Shown here in pieces: positions 29,642-40,145 of a stretch of 64,000 bases of DNA (position 1 is its first letter; each line of letters begins with the position of its first letter). Where the stretch lies: positions 2,976,001 through 3,040,000 of the forward strand of contig CP182352.1 of NCBI GenBank assembly GCA_048571215.1, written 5' to 3'. Made by a program: the position numbers and the translations under genes. This DNA is from Halarcobacter sp. Lineage in GTDB: Bacteria > Campylobacterota > Campylobacteria > Campylobacterales > Arcobacteraceae. The notes beneath the pieces were generated by a model that saw only the letters and a program-made list of their open reading frames with translations, was not told the origin of the DNA and did no database searches.

Positions 29642-29899
29642 TTATTTATTATCTTTTTCAAAAAATTTTGTGATAGGGATTTCCAGCGCCTTTGATATTT
29701 TGTAAATATGTTCCAAATTAAAATGTTTATTATTAGTACTATTTTCTGCATAATTTAAAAATGCACTTCCTCTTTGCCCAATTATTAAGGCTAGTTCAAG
29801 CTGACTCATATTTCTTATTTTTCTATATTTTTTTACATTTCTAGAAATCAATTTATAAAATTTTTCAATTTCAGAGTCATCAACATTTGATGTGAACAT
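29642..29899 (-). CDS. XRE-family HTH transcriptional regulator
   Basis: NVKKYRKIRNMSQLELA...FNLEHIYKISKALEI. Confidence 0.88.
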   Translation of the reverse strand: MFTSNVDDSEIEKFYKLISRNVKKYRKIRNMSQLELALIIGQRGSAFLNYAENSTNNKHFNLEHIYKISKALEIPITKFFEKDNK

Positions 29900-29984
29900 G
29901 GTTATTATCCTATAGGTTAAGTTTTATATAATAATATATAATGTAGAATGATATTTCAATTTCCTATGGGACAATAACCCATAG
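29900..29984. promoter_or_regulatory. Pair of inverted 17-bp operator-like sites upstream of the XRE gene
   Basis: ggttattatcctatagg (29900-29916) versus cctatgggacaataacc (29963-29979), 15/17 match as reverse complements. Confidence 0.55.
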
Positions 29985-30143
29985 AGATATATCCTAATAT
30001 TAGTGATTTATTTTTTCACGAAAAATACTATTTTAAACTTAAAAATTTTATTTAATTATAATTTTAGCTAAGTATTTAGCTGATTTAATAAACATAAGAA
30101 CCTAAGATTCTTATATTTATTAAATCACAATGAAGGACAATTC

Positions 30144-32066
30144 ATGTTAAATAACATCACAATGAAAAAAAAGTTGCTAATATTTCCAATTTTATATGTA
30201 ATAATAGTGGCAATATCTAGTATGGTCTATATCCACTATAGTGGCATATCTGAAATAAGAAACAATGCAGCAATTGAAACAGATGGTTTTGTTCAAGATG
30301 TATTAGAAGCAAGAATTACAGTATATCAGTATCTAAGAACCCCCTCTATTGAAACAAAAGAGAAAGTGATAAAAAGTTTTTCTTTATTGAAAGAGGAAAT
30401 TAATAGTTTTAAAGAACACCTAACTGTAAAAGAAAATCAAGAAAAATGTTCAAATATAATCAATCTTATTGATCAATATCTTACTAGTTTTAATAGTTTC
30501 TCTTCAATTAGAATAGAAAATTATAAAAAAGGTATTATTAAAGAGTCTGCTGATATTGGGGAAAATATAACAAAAATGTCAAAAATAGGAATAATAATTC
30601 ATGATGAACTACACACAATCAATGATAGTGCAAAAGAGCTTAAGCATGATGCAATAAAAACTCTACAAACATCACTACTAATTTTATCAACTGTAGCAAT
30701 AGTTATATTTTTATTAATCACAGCTTTGATTTCAAAAAATATAATAAATTCATTGGATAACTTTAAAGAAGGGCTAATCTCATTTTTTAACTATATAAAT
30801 AAAAAAACTGAAAATGTAACTTTATTGGAAGAAAAAGGAAAAGATGAATTTGCTCATATGTCAAAGATAGTAAATGAAAATATAGTTCAAACTGAAAAAG
30901 CATTAAAAGAGGATGCAATTTTAATTGAAAATGTAAAAAGTATAGTTGAAGAGGTAAAAGCTGGTTATCTTTACAAAAAAATAGAACATGACACAAGTAA
31001 TGAAAATCTACACGAATTAAAGGTAATATTTAACCAAATGTTAGAAATCATGGCTGAAAATATTTGTGGAGATATGAATAAAATTCAAAATGCTCTAGTA
31101 ACATTTTCTCAATTAGATTTTAGACATAGAGTACCAAACCCAACTGGAAAAACTTCACAAGGTTTAAATCAATTAGCAAATATCATCAATGATATGTTAT
31201 TGGAAAACAAAAAAAATGGACTAATTCTACAAAGAAGTGCCAATGAACTATTAACAAATGTAGACTCTTTGAGTAGTGCTTCACATCAAGCAGCAGCATC
31301 TTTAGAGGAAACCTCAGCAGCACTAGAAGAGATTACAAGTAATATCTCAAGTAATACAGAAAATATTGTACAAATGTCAAATTTTGCCAATGATTTACAA
31401 AAATCAGCAAATTTAGGACAAAAACTTGCTAGTGAAACTACAGGTGCAATGGATGATATAAATGGACAAGTTACAGCTATCAATGAGGCTATCTCTGTTA
31501 TTGATCAAATTGCATTTCAAACAAATATTTTAAGTTTAAATGCAGCTGTAGAAGCAGCAACAGCAGGTGAAGCAGGAAAAGGTTTTGCGGTTGTTGCCCA
31601 AGAAGTACGTAATCTAGCTTCAAGAAGTGCAGAAGCTGCAAAAGAGATTAAATCATTAGTAGAAAATGCAACTTTAAAAGCAAATCTAGGTAAAAATATC
31701 TCAAATGATATGATAGAGGGGTATCACACCTTAAATGATAACATAAGCAAAACTTTAGAGTTAATAATAAATGTTGAAGGTACATCAAAAGAGCAATTAT
31801 TGGGTATAGAACAAATAAACAATGCAGTTGCTCAACTTGATCAACAAACACAATTAAATGCAAGTGTAGCAACAAAAGCAAAAGATATAGCAACCAATAC
31901 ACTAAATATTGCAAATATTGTTGTAAAAAATGCAGATGATAAAGAGTTTAATGGAAAAGATACAATTGTATTAAATGATGATATCTTAAATAATACAACT
32001 TCAAATGATACTAAAGCTATTAAAGAAACCTCAAAAGAGGATAATCAACAATGGGAAGACTTTTGA
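30144..32066 (+). CDS. Methyl-accepting chemotaxis protein
   Basis: Two TMs; [40 protein letters not shown]. Confidence 0.96.
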   Translation: MLNNITMKKKLLIFPILYVIIVAISSMVYIHYSGISEIRNNAAIETDGFVQDVLEARITVYQYLRTPSIETKEKVIKSFSLLKEEINSFKEHLTVKENQEKCSNIINLIDQYLTSFNSFSSIRIENYKKGIIKESADIGENITKMSKIGIIIHDELHTINDSAKELKHDAIKTLQTSLLILSTVAIVIFLLITALISKNIINSLDNFKEGLISFFNYINKKTENVTLLEEKGKDEFAHMSKIVNENIVQTEKALKEDAILIENVKSIVEEVKAGYLYKKIEHDTSNENLHELKVIFNQMLEIMAENICGDMNKIQNALVTFSQLDFRHRVPNPTGKTSQGLNQLANIINDMLLENKKNGLILQRSANELLTNVDSLSSASHQAAASLEETSAALEEITSNISSNTENIVQMSNFANDLQKSANLGQKLASETTGAMDDINGQVTAINEAISVIDQIAFQTNILSLNAAVEAATAGEAGKGFAVVAQEVRNLASRSAEAAKEIKSLVENATLKANLGKNISNDMIEGYHTLNDNISKTLELIINVEGTSKEQLLGIEQINNAVAQLDQQTQLNASVATKAKDIATNTLNIANIVVKNADDKEFNGKDTIVLNDDILNNTTSNDTKAIKETSKEDNQQWEDF

Positions 32067-32085
32067 TTTTCCCAAAGGATTTTAA

Positions 32086-33075
32086 ATGAAAATAGATGAA
32101 AATAGATTATTATTTCTTATCAAATATGCACCAGCAGTTGTAACTTTAATTTTTTATATATTAATTTTAATTTTTTTATATTTTAATTATATAGTTTTTT
32201 ATAATAAGTACTCATTTAATTTATCTATAATAGCAATAGGCATAACATTAATCTCACTACTTATCTCTTTTTCAATTACAAAATATTTAGAAAATGCATA
32301 TTTTTCCTATAAAAAAGATTTATACAATGAGATTGAGATAAATAAGAAAAAAGATTTAATTTTATTTCAACAATCAAAACTAGCAACAATTGGAGAACTT
32401 TTAGGAAATATTGCACACCAATGGAGACAACCTTTAAGTGTAATAACTACAGCAGCAACAGCTATAATGATTCAAAGGGATTTAGGGCAAGAAGACAAAG
32501 CAGAAGAGAAAAAATACTTAGAAGGTATTATTACTAGTGCAAATTATTTGTCACAAACCATAGATGATTTTAGAAATTTTTATAATCCAAATGTACCAAA
32601 TAAAGATTTTTATATAAGTAATACAATAGATAGCTCATTGAGAATTGTTAACTCTCAATTAAAAAATAAAGGTATTATAATAGATAAAGTGATAACAAAT
32701 TTTTCAATAAATGGCGTGGAAAATGAGCTTATGCAAGTGATTATAAACATTATAAATAATGCAAGAGACCAATTAGAAAAATCAATTCATAAAATAAAGA
32801 TAATAAAAATAAAAACAATAATAGAAGAAAACTACTATCTTTTACATATAATTGACAATGCAGGAGGTATCTTGCCAGAACATATCAAAAAAGTATTTGA
32901 ACCATATTTTACTACCAAAGAACACATTAAAGGGACAGGAATAGGTCTTTTTATGGCATCTGAAATCATAACAAAACATTTTAATGGTGAGATATTTGTA
33001 AAAAATATTAACTATATTCACAATGATATAGAATATAATGGAGCAAAATTCACAATAAAATTTCCTATTTGTTAA
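32086..33075 (+). CDS. Orphan sensor histidine kinase with two closely spaced TMs
   Basis: IAHQWRQPL, NIINNARD, DNAGGI, FEPYFTTK, GTGIGL. Confidence 0.92.
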   Translation: MKIDENRLLFLIKYAPAVVTLIFYILILIFLYFNYIVFYNKYSFNLSIIAIGITLISLLISFSITKYLENAYFSYKKDLYNEIEINKKKDLILFQQSKLATIGELLGNIAHQWRQPLSVITTAATAIMIQRDLGQEDKAEEKKYLEGIITSANYLSQTIDDFRNFYNPNVPNKDFYISNTIDSSLRIVNSQLKNKGIIIDKVITNFSINGVENELMQVIINIINNARDQLEKSIHKIKIIKIKTIIEENYYLLHIIDNAGGILPEHIKKVFEPYFTTKEHIKGTGIGLFMASEIITKHFNGEIFVKNINYIHNDIEYNGAKFTIKFPIC

Positions 33076-33099
33076 TAGTTTTTTTATTAAATTTCTAAA

Positions 33100-33115
33100 G
33101 GAACATATTTTGCAT
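33100..33115 (+). promoter_or_regulatory. sigma54 promoter of nifE (GGAACATATTTTGCAT)
   Basis: GG-N10-GC. Confidence 0.85.
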
Positions 33116-33147
33116 TATCATTAAAATAATTAGAAAAAGGCTCTAAA

Positions 33148-34494
33148 ATGGTAAATAAAAAATTAATTAGAGATTTATTAAATGAAAGTGCATGTTCTCA
33201 CAACAAGGTAAAAAAAGCTTCATGTGATAAACCAAAACCAGGAGCTACATCTGGAGGATGTGCCTTTGAGGGATCTCAAATTGCTCTATTTCCTTATGCA
33301 GATGCTGTTCACCTAGTACACTCGCCTGCAACTTGTATAGGGGCTTCTTGGGAAACAAGAGCAACTTTAACTTCACATGAGGGACAAGATAATACTATGA
33401 CTGGATATACAACAGATGTTAATACAAATGATGTAATATTTGGTGGAGATAAAAAATTAGAAGAATCTATTGATTATATAGTTGAACATAAAAACCCAAA
33501 AGCTATTTTTGTATATGAAACTTGTGTTACTGCCATGATTGGTGATGATATGGATAATACCTGTGGAAGAATGGAAAAAAAACATAGAATTCCGATTGTG
33601 GTAGTTCATTCTCCAGGATTTGTAGGTGGTAAAAACTTAGGATCAAGACTTGGCGCAGAATCTGTACTTCATCAACTAATAGGTACAAGAGAGCCAAAAG
33701 AGATTCACCCATATGGAATAAACTTAATTGGGGAATACAATGTTACCGGTGATATGTGGCAATATACTCCAATATTAGAGAAAATTGGTATAAAAGTTGT
33801 CTCAACATTAGCAGGTGATGGAAGAATTGAAAATATTCAAACTGCACACAGAGCAAAACTAAATGTAATAGTTTGTGCAAAATCGCTTATTACACTATGT
33901 AGAAAAATGCAAGAGCAATATCAAATCCCTTATATCTCAATCTCATTTTACGGGAAAAGAGATACCTCAAATGCAATTAGAAGTATAGTAAATGCCTTTG
34001 GAGACGAAGAGTTAAAAGCAAGAGCTGAAATAATTATTGCCCAAGAAGAAGCGAAACTTGAAGAGGCTTTAATCCCTTATAAAAAGATTTTAGAGGGTAA
34101 AAAAGCTATTTTGAATACAGGTGGTAACAAATCTTGGTCAATTGCAAGTGCTTTACAAGATATAGGGATAGAAGTGGTTGCAACCTCTGTTAGAAAAGCA
34201 ACTTTAGAGGATAAAGAGATAGCTGCTCAATATGTTGATATACTTATGACAGATCCAGGAAGTGAACAAGCAAAACTAATAGATGAACATAATGTGGATA
34301 TTTTACTAGCAGGGGGAAGAAGTTTATATACGGCAATTAAGAAAAAAGTAGCCTTTGTGGATGTAAACCAAGAGAAAAAAGTAAGTTATGGGGCATATGG
34401 TGGTCTTGTAAACTTAGCAAAAGATGTATGTGATGCAGTAAATAATAGAGTATTTAAAGTTGTTGGAACTCCAGAACCTTGGGCTATGGACTAA
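33148..34494 (+). CDS. nifE: Nitrogenase FeMo-cofactor scaffold NifE
   Basis: PGATSGGCAFEG, TCV.AMIGDD, GFVGGKNLG, TGGNKSWS. Confidence 0.95.
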   Translation: MVNKKLIRDLLNESACSHNKVKKASCDKPKPGATSGGCAFEGSQIALFPYADAVHLVHSPATCIGASWETRATLTSHEGQDNTMTGYTTDVNTNDVIFGGDKKLEESIDYIVEHKNPKAIFVYETCVTAMIGDDMDNTCGRMEKKHRIPIVVVHSPGFVGGKNLGSRLGAESVLHQLIGTREPKEIHPYGINLIGEYNVTGDMWQYTPILEKIGIKVVSTLAGDGRIENIQTAHRAKLNVIVCAKSLITLCRKMQEQYQIPYISISFYGKRDTSNAIRSIVNAFGDEELKARAEIIIAQEEAKLEEALIPYKKILEGKKAILNTGGNKSWSIASALQDIGIEVVATSVRKATLEDKEIAAQYVDILMTDPGSEQAKLIDEHNVDILLAGGRSLYTAIKKKVAFVDVNQEKKVSYGAYGGLVNLAKDVCDAVNNRVFKVVGTPEPWAMD

Positions 34495-34579
34495 AATATT
34501 TATTGAAGATAGATTATATTAGTATAATCTAATATTAAGAGTTGGTTTGTTATGATTAAGTAATCTTTTGGAGTTTAAT

Positions 34580-35488
34580 ATGAACATTAATTCAAACCAA
34601 AACTTACTATTTTCTTCAATTAATACATATTTTAAAGATAAAGAACCAAAAAGCACACTTAACATTAAATCTGAAGAAGTAGAAACTTCTACAAATAAAT
34701 TTACAGTAAAAAAACAAGGAGATTATAGTACTTATAGTGCTACTGATTTACGAAACCTCTCCTATGAAGAGGTAAAAGAAAACTATGATGAACTAAAAGA
34801 AATCATTGAGAATAGACTAAAAAATAGTCCTTCTAGTGATGAAGAGATGAAAAAATTTCAAGAAGAGAAAAGTAAAGAAGCATTAAAAGATGTTTCACCT
34901 TTTGATATTGATAAACGTTCAGAGATACTAATAAACTTGGGAAAAGAGTATTTAAACAAAAATAAAAATTTAGATAATGAAAATCTTAATTTAATGGCAT
35001 TCAAAAAACAACTAGAAAAAATAGATTATTTAGATAACGAAAGCTATAATAAAACACTCTATGATGAAATTAAACAAATAACAAATCCCTTTTTAGCGAT
35101 ACTACATAGTGATATAACAAAAAATAATATCGAAGCTGTTTATAATGATAAAAATAAAGATTCAAAAGCAGCTGATTCTTTAGCTTTTGGAATATATATA
35201 GGTAGTACTTATGTAAAAGCATCTGATATAAATTTTATGGACACTACTAAAGAAAAGAAAGAAGAAACACTCAACAAAGATTACTCTACTAACTCAATTA
35301 AAGAGTTAAAACTACTTTCAAATGAAGAACTAAAACAAAACTATGATGAATTAAAAGAAATAGTAAAAGAATCTTTAAAAAATAAAGAAAAATTAAGCCA
35401 AAAAGATAAAGAAGAGTTACTTGATTTTAATACTCTACTTGAAAAGGTCAATATTTCATCTAATAAAAACTTTTCTATATATATTTAA
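34580..35488 (+). CDS. Hypothetical protein with an internal duplicated motif
   Basis: GGAG SD before ATG 34580; motif YS...L..LS.EE.K.NYDELKEI....LKN occurs twice. Confidence 0.7.
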   Translation: MNINSNQNLLFSSINTYFKDKEPKSTLNIKSEEVETSTNKFTVKKQGDYSTYSATDLRNLSYEEVKENYDELKEIIENRLKNSPSSDEEMKKFQEEKSKEALKDVSPFDIDKRSEILINLGKEYLNKNKNLDNENLNLMAFKKQLEKIDYLDNESYNKTLYDEIKQITNPFLAILHSDITKNNIEAVYNDKNKDSKAADSLAFGIYIGSTYVKASDINFMDTTKEKKEETLNKDYSTNSIKELKLLSNEELKQNYDELKEIVKESLKNKEKLSQKDKEELLDFNTLLEKVNISSNKNFSIYI

Positions 35489-35559
35489 AAAATTATAATA
35501 TTAGTATTAAAATTTTATAAAAAACCGTTATAATTACTTTTTTATATTAAAGGAAAAAT

Positions 35560-36591
35560 ATGGATGAAGAGAAGATAAGAAACTATTTTTTTTATTTTGC
35601 TAGTTTTATAATTATTATTGCGGGAGTAAAGGCTTCAAGTGAGATAGTAATTATACTTTTTTTAGCTATTTTCATATCTTCAATTTTCTCAACTCTAATA
35701 AATATATTACAAGATAAACATATACCTAAGGTGATATCTTACCTAATAGTTCTTGGTATTTTTGTTTTAATTTCGCTACTTCTATCATATATTGTAAATA
35801 TCTCCCTAAAAGATTTTTTATCAAATCTTCCCCAATATGAAAAACAATTACAAAAACTTGTTGTAGATACCATTGCACTTGGGGAACATTATGGCTATAA
35901 AATAGATAAACAAACTATTTTAGACCTTTTAAATTTTAGTTCTTTTTTTGGAATAACTACAAATCTAATAGGAAGTATAGGTACATTTTTATCTAAATTC
36001 TTGCTTGTTATTATAGGTGTTGGTTTTATCTTAGCAGAATCAAAATCTTTTGAAAAAAAACTCAAAATCATTTTTCAAAAAAATTCAAAAAAAATTGAAC
36101 ACTTCAATCTTTTCACAAGCAATATTCAAAAATATTTTTTAGTAAAAACAACAACAAGTTTTTTAACAGGTATGCTAATAGCTATTGCTTTATTGATTCT
36201 TAATATAGATTATCCCATTCTTTGGGGTGTAATCGCAATGCTTTTTAATTTTATACCTGTTGTTGGATCAATTATTGCGGCAATTCCCGCTATTTTGCTC
36301 TCACTTGTAAGTGCAGATTTAAATATAACTATCATTTTGATGATTGTTTATGTAGTAATAAACATAAGTATAAGCAATATAATAGAACCTAAATTTATGG
36401 GAAAAGAGCTTGGATTATCTCCATTAGTTATTTTCTTCTCATTGATTTTATGGGGCTGGGTTTTGGGAATTGTAGGGATGTTTTTAGCAGTACCAATCAC
36501 AATGACTTTAAAAATTGCTTTCGAATCAAATGATACTACAAAATGGATATCTTTACTTATGTCAAATGTAGGGGATAAAAAAGTCAAATAG
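35560..36591 (+). CDS. AI-2E family transporter
   Basis: NFIPVVGSIIA.IP, IEPKFMGKELGLSP, WGWVLGIVGMFLAVP. Confidence 0.92.
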   Translation: MDEEKIRNYFFYFASFIIIIAGVKASSEIVIILFLAIFISSIFSTLINILQDKHIPKVISYLIVLGIFVLISLLLSYIVNISLKDFLSNLPQYEKQLQKLVVDTIALGEHYGYKIDKQTILDLLNFSSFFGITTNLIGSIGTFLSKFLLVIIGVGFILAESKSFEKKLKIIFQKNSKKIEHFNLFTSNIQKYFLVKTTTSFLTGMLIAIALLILNIDYPILWGVIAMLFNFIPVVGSIIAAIPAILLSLVSADLNITIILMIVYVVINISISNIIEPKFMGKELGLSPLVIFFSLILWGWVLGIVGMFLAVPITMTLKIAFESNDTTKWISLLMSNVGDKKVK

Positions 36592-36603
36592 AATAAACAG
36601 GAA

Positions 36604-37029
36604 TTATCCTACTTTTTCCAATAAAGCTTTCATTAGTATAGCCTTATTTTCTAAATCATAACCCATCTCTTTAATCCAATCTGATATCACTTCTTCTTTA
36701 TAAGCATCTTCCTTTTCTTTATAATACAAAGATTCTGCTTCTTGATCCCAATTTCCATTCTCATCTAAAAATTGCTTTTGAAAATGACCAGTAATTGGAA
36801 TTTGATAAGGTACAGCATGTTTGGAATCTACTTGATAAAACCCATCAAGATACTTAGTTTCAAGAGGTGGTTCAGGAAGAGCAGTAGTTTTTACCACGTT
36901 AAGTCTTTTTTCAAAATCACTAGGTTCTGTTAAATCTTCATTATTAAAATTCATATGATTTTGAGCATTAAGAGTTGTAGAGAAGAAACCAATATTAAAA
37001 CTATTAACAGCATCATCAATTATAGACAT
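36604..37029 (-). CDS. Hypothetical protein
   Basis: SD AAGGAG; no family recognised. Confidence 0.7.
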   Translation of the reverse strand: MSIIDDAVNSFNIGFFSTTLNAQNHMNFNNEDLTEPSDFEKRLNVVKTTALPEPPLETKYLDGFYQVDSKHAVPYQIPITGHFQKQFLDENGNWDQEAESLYYKEKEDAYKEEVISDWIKEMGYDLENKAILMKALLEKVG

Positions 37030-37105
37030 TATAAACTCCTTCTTACATTATAACTTAATACATACATAAATTATAAAAATATTTATCTAAAAGTTTTATT
37101 AATTA

Positions 37106-37819
37106 TTATAATTTTGTATTTACCATAGCTTTTGATAAAAAAGCTGAGCTATCCACATCTGAATTTATTTTTTCTTTTTGATATAATACTTCATCATAAT
37201 TTTTATCAAACTGATCTTTAAAAGTTCTAAAAAGATTCAATAACTCTTCACTTCGATATTCCCCTGGTAAGGGGTTTAATATCCTATCAAACCTAGCCAT
37301 AATAGATTCATAATTATACACTTCTTCATTGTTAGATTTTGTAGTAATTCCTTCTATATTTATCTTAAGGGAAAAACTCATAGCCATAGCCATAAATCTA
37401 CTTTTTTCATCCATTTGATTTAAAGTATTTATAAAAGCTTTTTTCTCTTCATATGGTATATTTTTAGGGATTAATTCGCCCATTTTTCCTTCACCATTTT
37501 GAACAAAACCATCATTATCAAAATCGTATTTTTCATAATGGTGCAATAAAAGATTATAAGCCCCTTCATCACTTAAAGAGTTTACATCTATATCATTTAC
37601 TAATAAGGTGTAATGTTGAAGTGTTGATAATTCATCTTTTGATAAAGAGTTTAAAAAATCTTTTGCTGTAGACATAGAGACTTTTTCATCTTTTGCTTTT
37701 GTATAAATCTCTTCAAAAGCATCTTTATATGGTTCTCTTGCCTCATAAAAACTATCTGACATTTTTAAATTTTTTACAAGCTTGACGTGCTCCGAGTAGT
37801 TTGTTGATATTGGATTCAT
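37106..37819 (-). CDS. Hypothetical protein with a DxDxDG (Ca-binding-like) loop
   Basis: SD GGAGG; LS.EGAYNLL...YDFDNDGFV. Confidence 0.7.
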   Translation of the reverse strand: MNPISTNYSEHVKLVKNLKMSDSFYEAREPYKDAFEEIYTKAKDEKVSMSTAKDFLNSLSKDELSTLQHYTLLVNDIDVNSLSDEGAYNLLLHHYEKYDFDNDGFVQNGEGKMGELIPKNIPYEEKKAFINTLNQMDEKSRFMAMAMSFSLKINIEGITTKSNNEEVYNYESIMARFDRILNPLPGEYRSEELLNLFRTFKDQFDKNYDEVLYQKEKINSDVDSSAFLSKAMVNTKL

Positions 37820-37916
37820 AAGCTAAGCCTCCAATTTATATTGATTCCTAATATACTACAAAATTATTTATAAAACCATTATTTAAAAAAAATATTAAAC
37901 CTTTGAAAAATATTTA

Positions 37917-37932
37917 GGAACAGTTTTTGCAT
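37917..37932 (+). promoter_or_regulatory. sigma54 promoter of nifN operon (GGAACAGTTTTTGCAT)
   Basis: GG-N10-GC. Confidence 0.85.
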
Positions 37933-37961
37933 GCCTTTAAAAAAACTATCTAGGAAAAACT

Positions 37962-39257
37962 ATGGAAGCACTTAGTCCCAAACCATTACAAATGAATCCT
38001 ATTAAACTTTCTCAACCAATGGGAGCTATGTTATGCTTTTTAGGTATAAAAAATTGTATGCCACTTATGCATGGTGCCCAAGGGTGTGCCTCATTTTCAA
38101 AAGTATTTTTCACAAGACATTTTAATGATCCCATTGCAGTACAAACAACAGCTGTAAATGATATAACAGCAGTTATTGATGGGGGAGATTATGCTATTAG
38201 TGAGAGTATTAAAAATATTACTAAAAAAGTTAAACCAGATTTAGTAGGACTTTTTACTACAGGTCTTACTGAAACAAAGGGTGATGATATTAGAGGTGCA
38301 TGTTTGCTTATGAAAGATATTCAAGAGATGGCATATGTAAACACTCCAGATTTTGAAGGCTCTATTGAGAGTGGATTTGCCCTTTCAATTGAAGCTGTTA
38401 TTAGTCAAATAGTTGAAAGTTCTACTGAAACTGATTCAAATAAGGCAGTAATAATCCCAAATGTTAACCTAAAACCAATAGAGGTTGAAAAGCTAAAAGA
38501 TACGGTTTCACTCTTTGGATATGAGGTTCATGCTTTACCTGATTTGAGTGACTCACTAGATGGACATCTTGGTTTAAAACAAGGAGCATTAAGTGCAGGT
38601 GGTATAACAGTTGAAGAGATTAAAAAACTTTCAACAGCTTCACTTGTTATCTCGGTTGGTTCAAGTGTAAAAAAAGCTGGGGAAAAACTTAAAGAGAAAA
38701 ATCCAAATATAAACCTTCTTCACTTTAATTCCTTAGGTGGTTTAGAAAATTGTGATGAATTTTTTAAACAATTATGCAAAATCAAAAATATTTCTAAACC
38801 CCATCCAAGCATTGTTAGATGGAGAAAAAGACTTCAAGATGCTCTACTTGATACCCATTTTGCTATTGGGAGTGCTTCTGTTATTATAGCCTTAGAGCCA
38901 GATCAAGCTTTAAGTGTAGCAAATACTATTTATGAAGCAGGGGCTAATATAAAAGCCATAATAACAACCCACAAAAACGATTTACTTGATGAGATTGATT
39001 GTGAACATCTCCAGATTGGTGACTTTGAAGATGTGGAAAAATTTATGGATAAGAGTGATGTATTAATCACAAATTTTCATGGGGAAAGATATACAAAAAA
39101 ATACAAAAAAGCGTTAATGTTAAGGGGCTTTCCTGATTATGAAGGAGTTGGTAATCAACTTAAAAATGATGTGCTTTATGAAGGAAGTGCATACATGTTG
39201 TTTGAACTTGCAAACTTAGTCAATCACCATAGATTTGGAGGTCATGATGAGCATTAA
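37962..39257 (+). CDS. nifN: Nitrogenase FeMo-cofactor scaffold NifN
   Basis: NPIKLSQPMGA, HGAQGC.SF.K..FTRHF..P...QTTA, PDLSDSLDGH, LQDALLDTHF. Confidence 0.95.
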   Translation: MEALSPKPLQMNPIKLSQPMGAMLCFLGIKNCMPLMHGAQGCASFSKVFFTRHFNDPIAVQTTAVNDITAVIDGGDYAISESIKNITKKVKPDLVGLFTTGLTETKGDDIRGACLLMKDIQEMAYVNTPDFEGSIESGFALSIEAVISQIVESSTETDSNKAVIIPNVNLKPIEVEKLKDTVSLFGYEVHALPDLSDSLDGHLGLKQGALSAGGITVEEIKKLSTASLVISVGSSVKKAGEKLKEKNPNINLLHFNSLGGLENCDEFFKQLCKIKNISKPHPSIVRWRKRLQDALLDTHFAIGSASVIIALEPDQALSVANTIYEAGANIKAIITTHKNDLLDEIDCEHLQIGDFEDVEKFMDKSDVLITNFHGERYTKKYKKALMLRGFPDYEGVGNQLKNDVLYEGSAYMLFELANLVNHHRFGGHDEH

Positions 39258-39624
39258 ATTTGAAAGACCAATAGTACCAGCTATTGGACTTGGGATGTTA
39301 AATGGTAGAACAAGATTAATAGGAATTCCAAAAGATAAGGTTCAAGTTGTAATCACTCTACCTAATATTAGGGAATTTAATGAAGATTTAAAAGATGCAA
39401 TTGATTTTTTTGAAGATAGAGCAGATGCTTTTATAATCACCTCAAGTACCCAAGAGGAGTGTGAAGCTATCTTAAAAGAGTTTAATTTAAGTGATAATCT
39501 TATCTCAAGAGAATACAAAGATTTTGGAAAAACCTTCTTAATGCTTGATGAAAATAGAGCTTTAAAAAAGTCACTAATGATAATAGATACAAATTGTCAA
39601 ATTACACATAAGGATATATTATAA
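39247..39624 (+). CDS. Degenerate Tpx/peroxiredoxin-fold protein
   Basis: DFGKTF...KSLMIID pattern; lacks PxxxTxxC; GGAG SD. Confidence 0.55.
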   Translation: MSIKFERPIVPAIGLGMLNGRTRLIGIPKDKVQVVITLPNIREFNEDLKDAIDFFEDRADAFIITSSTQEECEAILKEFNLSDNLISREYKDFGKTFLMLDENRALKKSLMIIDTNCQITHKDIL

Positions 39625-40145
39625 TGGAAGTAACATATAAAAATGAAACATACACATTAGGAAAAAAAGAAAGAAAAATTGAAACTGAAGCACCTGCTGT
39701 TAGAGTAAAAATGCTTAGTGGTGAAACAAAAGTTATTGGTATGATGGCACCTAAAACTCAAGTTTTGATCACATTTCCATGTATCAAAGCTTATAATAAT
39801 GGTTTACATAATATTTTAGAAGAGTATAAATCTAAAATCATCACATATATACTAACAAAAAGCAATGAAGAGAATATAGATAAAGTAAAAGAGGCTTACT
39901 CACTTGATGAAGGATTTATCTCAAATGAATTTAAAGATTTTTCACTTAAATTTGGAGTAAATATAAATGATGAACTTTTAGCAAAATCGATTTTTGTAGT
40001 GGATAAAGAGGGAGTTATTAAATATATTGAAATCCCATCAAATATAGAAACAAGTTTTGATTTAGATAAATTTAAAGAGCAACTTGATGAGGTTGTAAAC
40101 TTTAAACAAAAAGGGCATACTCACGAAAATTGGATGGGTGTATAA
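39624..40145 (+). CDS. Degenerate Tpx/peroxiredoxin-fold (redoxin) protein
   Basis: VTYK...L.G...I...AP; FSLKFGV...LAKSIFVVDKEGVIKYIE; lacks PxxxTxxC. Confidence 0.7.
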   Translation: MEVTYKNETYTLGKKERKIETEAPAVRVKMLSGETKVIGMMAPKTQVLITFPCIKAYNNGLHNILEEYKSKIITYILTKSNEENIDKVKEAYSLDEGFISNEFKDFSLKFGVNINDELLAKSIFVVDKEGVIKYIEIPSNIETSFDLDKFKEQLDEVVNFKQKGHTHENWMGV

